Below are positions 50,401 through 61,280 of a stretch of 64,000 nucleotides of DNA, piece by piece (position 1 is the stretch's first letter; the number at the start of each line of letters is the position of its first letter). Both the position numbers and the translations under genes were made by a program. The stretch lies in NCBI RefSeq assembly GCF_009914755.1, contig NC_060926.1; one strand, 5' to 3'. Below the pieces are notes generated by a model. That model worked only from the letters and a program-made list of their open reading frames with translations, had not been told where the DNA came from and ran no database searches. This DNA comes from the human T2T-CHM13v2.0 reference genome, Homo sapiens.

Positions 50401-51782
50401 CACTCTTTTTGTAGTATCTGGAAGTGGACATTTGGAGCGCTCTCAGGACTACGGTGAAAAAGGAAATATCTTCCAATAAAAGCTAGATAGAAGCAATGTC
50501 AGAAACTTTTTCATGATGTATCTACTCAGCTAACAGAGTTGAACCTTTGTTTTGAGAGAGCCGTTTTGAAACACTCTTTTTGTGGAATCTGCAAGTGGAT
50601 ATTTGTCTAGCTTTGAGGATTTCGTTGGAAACGGGATTACATATAAAAAGCAGACAGCAGCATTCACAGAAACTTCTTTGTGATGTTTGCATTCAAGTCA
50701 CAGAGTTGAACATTCCCTTTCATAGAGCAGGTTTGAAACACTCTTTTTGTAGTATCTGGATGTGGACATTTGGAGCGCTTTCAGGCCTATGGTGAAAAAG
50801 GAAATATCTTCCCCTGAAAACTAGACAGAAGCATTCTCAGAAACTTATTTGTGATGCGCGCCCTCAACTAACAGTGTTGAAGCTTTCTTTTGATAGAGCA
50901 GTTTTTAAACACTCTTTTTGTAAAATCTGCAAGAGGATATTTGGATAGCTTTGAGGATTTCGTTGGAAACGGGATTGTCTTCATATTAACCCTAGACAGT
51001 AGCATTCTCAGAAGCTTCATTGGGATGTTTCAATTGAAGTCACAGTGTTGAACAGTCCCTTTCATAGAGCAGGTTTGAAACACTCTTTTTGTAGCATCTG
51101 GAAGTGGACATTTGGAGCGTTCTCAGGACTACGGTGAAAAAGGAAATATCTTCCAATAAAAGCTAGATAGAAGCAATATCATAAACTTTTTCATGATGTA
51201 TCTACTCAGCTAAAAGAGTTGAACCTTTCTTTTGAGAGAGCAGTTTTCAAACACTCTTTTTGTGGAATCTGCAAGTGGATATTTGTCTAGCTTTGAGGAT
51301 TTCGTTGGAAAAGGGATTACATAGAAAAAGCAGACAGCAGCATTCCCAGTAACTTCTTTGTGATGTTTGCATTCAAGTCACAGAGTTGAACATTCCCTTT
51401 CATAGAGCAGGTTTGAAACACTCTTTTTGTAGTATCTGGATGTGGACATTTGGAGCGCTTTCAGGTCTATGGTGAAAAAGGAAATATCTTCCCCTGAAAA
51501 CTAGACAGAAGAATTCTCAGAATCTTATTTGTGATGTGCGCCCTCAACTAACAGTGTTGAAGCTTTCTTTTGATAGAGCAGTTTTGAAACACTCTTTTCG
51601 TAAAATCTGCAAGAGGATATTTGGATAGCTTTGAGGATTTCGTTGGAAACGGGATTGTCTTCATATAAACTCTAGACAGAAGCATTCTCAGAAGCGTCAT
51701 TGGGATGTTTCAATTGAAGTCACAGTGTTGAACAGTCCCTTTCATAGAGCAGGTTTGAAACACTCTTTTTGTAGTATCTCGA

Positions 51783-51939
51783 TGTGGACATTTGGAGCGC
51801 TTTCAGGCCTATGGTTTAAAAGGAAATATCTTCCCCTGAAAACTAGACAGAAGCATTCTCAGAAACTTATTTGTGATGTGCGCCCTCAACTAACAGTGTT
51901 GAAGCATTCTTTTGATAGAGCAGTTTTGAAACACTCTTT
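51783..51939 (+). repeat. Hybrid 4-mer HOR variant, third copy (without the 1-bp deletion)
   Basis: GGTTTAAAAGG and GAAGCATTC are shared with the other copies; TTTGGAGCG and AAACACTC are unmutated. Confidence 0.88.
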
Positions 51940-53141
51940 TTGTGGAATCTGCAAGTGGATATTTGTGTAGCTTTGAGGATTTCGTTGGAAACGGGATTAC
52001 ATATAAAAAGCAGACTGCAGCATTCCCAGAAACTTCTTTGTGATGTTTGCATTCAAGTCACAGAGTTGAACATTCCCTTTCATAGAGCAGGTTTGAAACA
52101 CTCTTTTTGTAGTATCTGGATGTGGACATGTGGAGCGCTTTCAGGCCTATGGTGAAAAAGGAAATATCTTCCCCTGAAAACTAGACAGAAGCATTCTCAG
52201 AATCTTATTTGTGATGTGCGCCCTCAACTAACAGTGTTGAAGCTTTCTTTTGATAGAGCAGTTTTGAAACACTCTTTTTGTAAAATCTGCAAGAGGATAT
52301 TTGGATAGCTTTGAGGATTTCGTTGGAAACGGGATTGTCTTCATATAAACTCTAGACAGAAGCATTCTCAGAAGCTTCATTGGGATGTTTCAATTGAAGT
52401 CACAGTGTTGAACAGTCCCTTTCATAGAGCAGGTTTGAAACACTCTTTTTGTAGTATCTGGAAGTGGACATTTGGAGCGCTCTCAGGACTGCGGTGAAAA
52501 AGGAAATATCTTCCAATAAAAGCTAGATAGAAGCAATGTCAGAAACTTTTTCATGATGTATCTACTCAGCTAACAGAGTTGAACCTTCCTTTGAGAGAGC
52601 AGTTTTGAAACACTCTTTTTGTGGAATCTGCAAGTGGATATTTGTCTAGCTTTGAGGATTTCGTTGGAAACGGGATTACATATAAAAAGCAGACAGCAGC
52701 ATTCCCAGTAACTTCTTTGTGGTGTTTGCATTCAAGTCACAGAGTTGAACATTCCCTTTCATAGAGCAGGTTTGAAACACTCTTTTTGTAGTATCTGGAT
52801 GTGGACATTTGCAGCGCTTTCAGGCCTATGGTGAAAAAGGAAATATCTTCCCCTGAAAACTAGACAGAAGCATTCTCAGAATCTTATTTGTGATGTGCGC
52901 CCTCAACTAACAGTGTTGAAGCTTTCTTTTGATAGAGCAGTTTTGAAACACTCTTTTTGTAAAATCTGCAAGAGGATATTTGGATAGCTTTGAGGATTTC
53001 GTTGGAAACGGGATTGTCTTCATATAAACTCTAGACAGAAGCATTCTCAGAAGCATCATGGGGATGTTTCAATTGAAGTCACAATGTTGAACAGTCCCTC
53101 TCATAGAGCAGGTTTGAAACACTCTTTTTGTAGTATCTGGA

Positions 53142-53297
53142 TGTGGACATTTGAGCGCTTTCAGGCCTATGGTTTAAAAGGAAATATCTTCCCCTGAAAA
53201 CTAGACAGAAGCATTCTCAGAAACTTATTTGTGATGTGCGCCCTCAACTAACAGTGTTGAAGCATTCTTTTGATAGAGCAGTTTTGAAAGACTCTTT
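53142..53297 (+). repeat. Hybrid 4-mer HOR variant, fourth copy
   Basis: Counterpart of 34963 at +18,179. Confidence 0.9.
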
Positions 53298-55032
53298 TTG
53301 TGGAATCTGCAAGTGGATATTTGTCTAGCTTTGAGGATTTCGTTGGAAACGGGATTACATATAAAAAGCAGACAGCAGCATTCCCAGAAACTTCTTTGTG
53401 ATGTTTGCATTCAAGTCACAGAGTTGAACATTCCCTTTTATAGAGCAGGTTTGAAACACTCTTTTTGTAGTATCTGGATGTGGACATTTGGAGCGCTTTC
53501 AGGCCTATGGTGAAAAAGGAAATATCTTCCCCTGAAAACTAGACAGAAGCATTCTCAGAAACTTATTTGTGATGTGCGCCCTCAACTAACAGTGTTGAAC
53601 CTTTCTTTTGATAGAGCAGATTTGAAACACTCTTTTTGTAATATCTGCAAGAGGATATTTGGATAGCTTTGAGGATTTCTTTGGAAACGGGATTGTCTTC
53701 ATATAAACTCTAGACAGAAGCATTCTCAGAAGCTTCATTGGGATGTTTCAATTGAAGTCACAGTGTTGAACAGTCCCTTTCATAGAGCAGGTTTGAAACA
53801 CTCTTTTTGTAGTATCTGGAAGTGGACATTTGTAGAGATCTCAGGAATATGGTGATAAAGGAAATATCTTCCAATAAAAGCTAGATAGAAGCAATGTCAG
53901 AAACTTTTTCATGATGTATCTACTCAGCTAACAAAGTTGAACCTTCATTTGAGAGAGCAGTTTTGAAACACTCGTTTTGTGGAATCTGCAAGTGGATATT
54001 TGTCTAGCTTTGAGGATTTCGTTGGAAACGGGATTACATATAAAAAGCAGACAGCAGCATTCCCAGAAACTTCTTTGTGATGTTTGCATTCAAGTCACAG
54101 AGTTGAACATTCCCTTTCATAGAGCAGGTTTGAAACACTCTTTTTGTAGTATCTGGATGTGGACATTTGGAGCGCTTTCAGGCCTATGGTGAAAAAGGAA
54201 ATATCTTCCCCTGAAAACTAGACAGAAGCATTCTCAGAAACTTATTTGTGATGTGCACCCTCAACTAACAGTGTTGAAGCTTTCTTTTGACAGAGCAGTT
54301 TGAAACACTCTTTTTGTAAAATCTGCAAGAGGATATTTGGATTGCTTTGAGGATTTCGGTGGAAATGGGATTGTCTTCATATAAACTCTAGACAGTAGCA
54401 TTCTCAGAAGCTTCATTGGGATGTTTCAATTGAAGTCACAGTGTTGAACAGTCCCTTTCATAGAGCAGGTTTGAAACACTCTTTTTGTAGTATCTGGAAG
54501 TGGACATTTGGAGCGCTCTCAGGACTACGGTGAAAAAGGAAATATCTTCCAATAAAAGCTAGATAGAAGCAATGTCAGAAACTTTTTCATGATGTATCTA
54601 CTCAGCTAACAGAGTTGAACCTTTTTTTTGAGAGAGCAGTTTTGAAACACTCTTTTTGTTCGATCTGCAGGTGGATATTTGTCTAGGTTTGAGGATTTCG
54701 TTGGAAACGGGATTACATATAAAAGCAGACAGCAGCATTCCCAGAAACTTCTTTGTGATGTTTGCATTCAAGTCACAGAGTTGAACATTCCCTTTCATAG
54801 AGCAGGTTTGAAACACTCTTTTTGTAGTATCTGGATGTGGACATTTGGAGCGCTCTCAGGCCTATGGTGAAAAAGGAAATATCTTCCCCTGCAAACTAGA
54901 CAGAAGCATTCTCAGAAACTTATTTGTGATGTGCGCCCTCAACTAACAATGTTGAACCTTTCTGTTGATAGAGTAGTTTTGAAACACTCTTTTCGTAAAA
55001 TCTGCAAGAGGATATTTGGATAGCTTTGAGGA

Positions 55033-55220
55033 TTTCGTTGGAAACGGGATTGTCTTCATATTAACCCTAGACAGCAGCATTCTCAGAAGGTTCTTTGGGA
55101 TGTTTCAATTGAAGTCACAGTGTAGAACAGTCACTTTCATAGAGCAGGTTTGAAACACTCTTTTTGTAAAATCCGCAAGAGGATATTTGGATAGCTTTGA
55201 GGATTTCGTTGGAAACGGGA
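55033..55220 (+). repeat. 5-mer HOR variant, third copy (adjacent CENP-B boxes)
   Basis: Boxes at 55033 and 55204; counterpart of 36854 at +18,179. Confidence 0.93.
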
Positions 55221-58200
55221 TTGTCTTCATATAGAATCTAGACAGAATCATTCTCAGAAGCTTCATTGGGATGTTTCAATTGAAGTCACAGTGTTGAACA
55301 GTCCCTTTCATAGAGCAGATTTGAAACACTCTTTTTGTAGTATCTGGAAGTGGACATTTGGAGCGTTCTCAGCACTACAGTGAAAAAGGAAATATCTTCC
55401 AATAAAAGCTAGATAGAAGCAATGTCAGAAAATTTTTCATGATGTATCTACTCAGCTAACAGGGTTGAACCTTTCTTTTGAGAGAGCAGTTTTGAAACAC
55501 TCTTTTTGTGGAATCTGCAAGTGGATATTTGTCTAGCTTTGAGGATTGCGTTGGAAACGGGATTACATATAAAAAGCAGACAGCAGCATTCCCAGAAACT
55601 TCTTTGTGATATTTGCATTCAAGTCACAGACTTGAACATTCCCTTCCATAGAGCGGGTTTGAAACACTCTTTTTGTAGTATCTGGATGTGGACATTTGGA
55701 GCGCTTTCAGGCCTATGGTGAAAAAGGAAATATCTTCCCCTGAAAACTAGACAGAAGCATTCTCAGAAACTTATTTGTGATGTGCGCCCTCAACTAACAG
55801 TGTTGAACCTTTCTTTTGATAGAGCAGATTTGAAACACTCTTTTTGTAATATCTGCAAGAGGATATTTGGATAGCTTTGAGGATTTCTTTGGAAACGGGA
55901 TTGTCTTCATATAAACTCTAGACAGAAGCATTCTCAGAAGCTTCATTGGGATGTTTCAATTGAAGTCACAGTGTTGAACAGTCCCTTTCATAGAGCAGGT
56001 TTGAAACACTCTTTTTGTAGTATCTGGAAGTGGACATTTGTAGAGATCTCAGGAATACGGTGATAAAGGAAATATCTTCCAATAAAAGCTAGATAGAAGC
56101 AATGTCAGAAACTTTTTCATGATGTATCTACTCAGCTAACAAAGTTGAATCTTCATTTGAGAGAGCAGTTTTGAAACACTCGTTTTGTGGAATCTGCAAG
56201 TGGATATTTGTCTAGCTTTGAGGATTTCGTTGGAAACGGGATTACATATAAAAAGCAGACAGCAGCATTCCCAGAAACTTCTTTGTGATGTTTGCATTCA
56301 AGTCACAGAGTTGAACATTCCCTTTCATAGAGCAGGTTTGAAACACTCTTTTTGTAGTATCTGGATGTGGACATTTGGAGCGCTTTCAGGCCTATGGTGA
56401 AAAAGGAAATATCTTCCCCTGAAAACTAGACAGAAGCATTCTCAGAAACTTATTTGTGATGTGCACCCTCAACTAACAGTGTTGAAGCTTTCTTTTGACA
56501 GAGCAGTTTGAAACACTCTTTTTGTAAAATCTGCAAGAGGATATTTGGATTGCTTTGAGGATTTCGGTGGAAATGGGATTGTCTTCATATAAACTCTAGA
56601 CAGTAGCATTCTCAGAAGCTTCATTGGGATGTTTCAATTGAAGTCACAGTGTTGAACAGTCCCTTTCATAGAGCAGGTTTGAAACACTCTTTTTGTAGTA
56701 TCTGGAAGTGGACATTTGGAGCGCTCTCAGGACTACGGTGAAAAAGGAAATATCTTCCAATAAAAGCTAGATAGAAGCAATGTCAGAAACTTTTTCATGA
56801 TGTATCTACTCAGCTAACAGAGTTGAACCTTTCTTTTGAGAGCTCAGTTTTGAAACACTCTTTTTGTGGAATCTGCAAGTGGATATTTGTCTAGCTTTGA
56901 GGATTTCGTTGGAAACGGGATTACATATAAAAAGCAGACAGCAGCATTCCCAGAAACTTCTTTGTGATGTTTGCATTCAAGTCACAGAGTTGAACATTCC
57001 CTTTCATAGAGCAGGTTTGAAACACTCTTTTTGTAGTATCTGGATGTGGACATTTGGAGCGCTCTCAGGCCTATGGTTGAAAAGGAAATATCTTCCCCTG
57101 AAAACTAGACAGAAGCATTCTCAGAAACTTATTTGTGATGTGCGCCCTCAACTAACAGTGTTGAACTTTTCTTTTGATAGAGCAGTTTTGAAACACTCTT
57201 TTTGTAAAATCTGCAAGAGGATATTTGGATAGCTTTGAGGATTTCGTTGGAAACGGGATTGTCTTCATATAAAATCTAGACAGAAGCATTCTCAGAAGCT
57301 TCATTGGGATGTTTCAATTGAAGTCACAGTGTTGAACAGTCCCTTTCATAGAGCATGTTTGAAACAATCTTTTTGTAGTATCTGGAAGTGGACATTTGGA
57401 GCGCTCTCAGGACTACGGTGAAAAAGGAATTATCTTCCAAATAAAGCTAGATAGAAGCAATGTCAGAAAATTTCTCATGATGTATCTGTTCAGCTAACAG
57501 AGTTGAACCTTTCTTTTGACAGAGCAGTTTTGAAACACTCTTTTTGTGGAATCTGCAAGTGGATATTTTTCTAGCTTTGAGGATTTCGTTGGAAACGGGA
57601 TTACATATAAAAAGCAGACAGCAGCATTCCCAGAAACTTCTTTGTGATATTTGCATTCAAGTCACAGACTTGAACATTCCCTTTCATAGAGCAGGTTTGA
57701 AACACTCTTTTTGTAGTATCTGGATGTGGACATTTGGAGCGCTTTCAGGCCTACGGTGAAAAAGGAAATATCTTCCCCTGAAAACTAGACAGAAGCATTC
57801 TCAGAAACTTATTTGTGATGTGCGCCCTCAACTAACAGTGTTGAAGCTTTCTTTTGATAGAGCAGTTTTGAAACACTCTTTTTGTAAAATCTGCAAGAGG
57901 ATATTTGGATAGCTTTGAGGATTTCGTTGGAAACGGGATTGTCTTCATATACAATCTAGACAGAAGCATTCTCAGAAGCTTCATTGGGATGTTTCAATTG
58001 AAGTCACAGTGTTGAACAGTCCCTTTCGTAGAGCAGGTTTGAAACACTCTTTTTGTAATATCTGGAAGTGGACATTTGGAGCGTTCTCAGGACTATGGTG
58101 AAAAAGGAAATATCTTCCAATAAAAGCTAGATAGAAGCAATGTCAGAAACTTTTTCATGATGTATCTACTCAGCTAAAAGAGTTGAACCTTTCTTTTGAG

Positions 58201-60942
58201 AGAGCAGTTTTGAAACACTATTTTTGTGGAATCTGCAAGTGGATATTTGTCTAGCTTTGAGGATTTCGTTGGAAACGGGATTACATATAAAAAGCAGACA
58301 GCAGCATTCCCAGAAAGCTCTTTGTGAAATTTGCATTCAAGTCACAGACTTGAACATTCCCTTTCATAGAGCAGGTTTGAAACACTCTTTTTGTAGTATC
58401 TGGATGTGGACATTTGGAGCGCTTTCAGGCCTATGGTGAAAAAGGAAATATCTTCCCCTGTAAACTAGACAGAAGCATTCTCAGAAACTTATTTGTGATG
58501 TGCGCCCTCAACTAAAAGTGTTGAACCTTTCTTTTGATAGAGCAGTTTTGAAACACTCTTTTGTAAAATCTGCAAGAGGATATTTGGATAGCTTTGAGGA
58601 TTTCGTTGGAAACCGGATTGTCTTCATATAGAATCTAGACAGAAGCATTCTCAGAAGCTTCATTGGGATGTTTCAATTGAAGTCACAGTGTTGAACAGTC
58701 CCTTTCATAGAGCAGGTTTGAAACACTCTTTTTGTAGTATCTGGAAGTGGACATTTGGAGCGTTCTCAGGACTAGAGTGAAAAAGGAAATATCTTCCAAT
58801 AAAAGCTAGATAGAAGCAATGTCAGAAAATTTTTCATGATGTATCTACTCAGCTAACAGAGTTGAAACTTTCTTTTGAGAGAGCAGTTTTGAAACACTCT
58901 TTTTGTGGAATCTGCAAGTGGATATTTGTCTAGCTTTGAGGATTGCGTTGGAAACGGGATTACATATAAAAAGCAGACAGCAGCATTCCCAGAAACTTCT
59001 GTGTGATATTTGCATTCAAGTCACAGACTTGAACATTCCCTTTCATAGAGCAGGTTTGAAACACTCTTTTTGTAGTATCTGGATGTGGACATTTGGAGCG
59101 CTTTCAGGCCTATGGTGAAAAAGGAAATATCTTCCCCTGAAAACTAGACAGAAGCATTCTCAGAAACTTATTTGTGATGTGCGCCCTCAACTAACAGTGT
59201 TGAACATTTCTTTTGATAGAGCAGTTTTGAAACACTCTTTTTGTAAAATCTGCAAGAGGATATTTGGATAGCTTTGAGGATTTCGTTGGAAACGGGATTG
59301 TCTTCATATAAAATCTAGACAGAAGCATTCTCAGAAGCTTCATTGGGATGTTTCAATTGAAGTCACAGTGTTGAACAGTCCCTTTCATAGAGCAGGTTTG
59401 AAACACCCTTTTTGTAGTATCTGGAAGTGGACATTTGGAGCGTTCTCAGGACTACGGTGAAAAAGGAAATATCTTCCAATAAAAGCTAGATAGAAGCAAT
59501 GTCAGAAAATTTTTCATGATGTATCTACTCAGCTAACAGAGTTGAACCTTTCTTTTGACAGAGCCGTTTTGAAACACTCTTTTTGTGGAATCTGCAAGTG
59601 GATATTTGTCTAGCTTTGAGGATTTCGTTGGAAACGGGATTACATATAAAAAGCAGACAGCAGCATTCCCAGAAACTTCTTTGTGATGTTTGCATTCAAG
59701 TCACAGAGTTGAACATTCCGTTTCATAGAGCAGGTTTGAAACACTCTTTTTGTAGTATCTGGATTTGGACATTTGGAGCGCTTTCAGGCCTATGGTGAAA
59801 AAGGAAATATCTTCCACTGAAAACTAGACAGAAGTATTCTCAGAAACATATTTGTGATGTGTGCCCTCAACTAACAGTGTTGAAGCTTTCTTTTGATAGA
59901 GCAGTTTTGAAACATTCTTTTTGTAAAATCTGCAAGAGGATATTTGGATAGCTTTGAGGATTTCGTTGGAAACGGGATTGTCTTCATATTAACCCTAGAC
60001 AGTAGCATTCTCAGAAGCTTCATTGGGATGTTTCAATTGAAGCCACAGTGTTGAACAGTCCCTTTCATAGAGCAGGTTTGAAACACTCTTTTTGTAGCAT
60101 CTGGAAGTGGACATTTGGAGCGTTCTCAGGACTACGGTGCAAAAGGAAATATCTTCCAATAAAAGCTAGATAGAAGCAATATCAGAAACTTTTTCATGAT
60201 GTATCTACTCAGCTAAAAGAGTTGAACCTTTCTTTTGAGAGAGCAGTTTTGAAACACTATTTTTGTGGAATCTGCAAGTGGATATTTGTCTAGTTTTGAG
60301 GATCGCGTTGGAAACGGGATTACATATAAAAAGCAGACAGCAGCATTCCCAGAAATTTCTTTGTGAAATTTGCATTCAAGTCACAGACTTGAACATTCCC
60401 TTTCATAGAGCAGGTTTGAAACACTCTTTTTGTAGTATCTGGATGTGGACATTTGGAGCGCTTTCAGGCCTATGGTGAAAAAGGAAATATCTTCCCCTGA
60501 AAACTAGACAGAAGCATTCTCAGAAACTTATTTGTGATGTGCGCCCTCAACTAACGGTGTTGAACCTTTCTTTTGAAAGAGCAGTTTTGAAACACTCTTT
60601 TTGTAAAATCTGCAATAGGATATTTGGATAGCTTTGAGGATTTCGTTGGAAACGGGATTGTCTTCATATAGAATCTAGACAGAAGCATTCTCAGAAGCTT
60701 CATTGGGATGTTTCAATTGAAGTCACAGTGTTGAACAGTCCCTTTCATAGAGCAGGTTTGAAACACTCTTTTTGTAGTATCTGGAGGTGGACATTTGGAG
60801 CGTTCTCAGGACTACAGTGGAAAAGGAAATATCTTCCAGTAAAAGCTAGATAGAAGCAATGTCAGAAAATTTTTCATGATGTATCTACTCAGCTAACAGA
60901 GTTGAACCTTTCTTTTGAGAGAGCAGTTTTGAAACACTCTTT

Positions 60943-61280
60943 TTGTGGAATCTGCAAGTGGATATTTGTCTAGGTTTGAGGATTGCGTTTGAAACGGGAT
61001 TACATATAAAAAGCAGACAGCAGCATTCCCAGAAACTTCTTTGTGATGTTTGCATTCAAGTCACAGAGTTGAACATTCCCTTTCATAGAGCAGGTTTGAA
61101 ACACTCTTTTTGTAGTATCTGGAAGTGGACATTTGGAGCGCTCTCAGGACTACGGTGAAAAAGGAAATATCTTCCAATAAAAGCTAGATAGAAGCAAAGT
61201 CAGAAACTTTTTAATGATCTATCTACTCAGCTAACAGAGTTGAACCTTTCTTTTGAGAGAGCAGTTTTGAAACACTCTTT
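60943..61280 (+). repeat. 2-mer HOR variant (338 bp)
   Basis: Counterpart of 42764 at +18,179; shares GCAAAGTC and TTAATGATCT. Confidence 0.92.

Noticed and set aside
3292-57656. Short minus-strand ORFs (60-106 aa)
   Set aside because: Chance open frames created by single substitutions or hybrid monomers in the satellite; no coding evidence.
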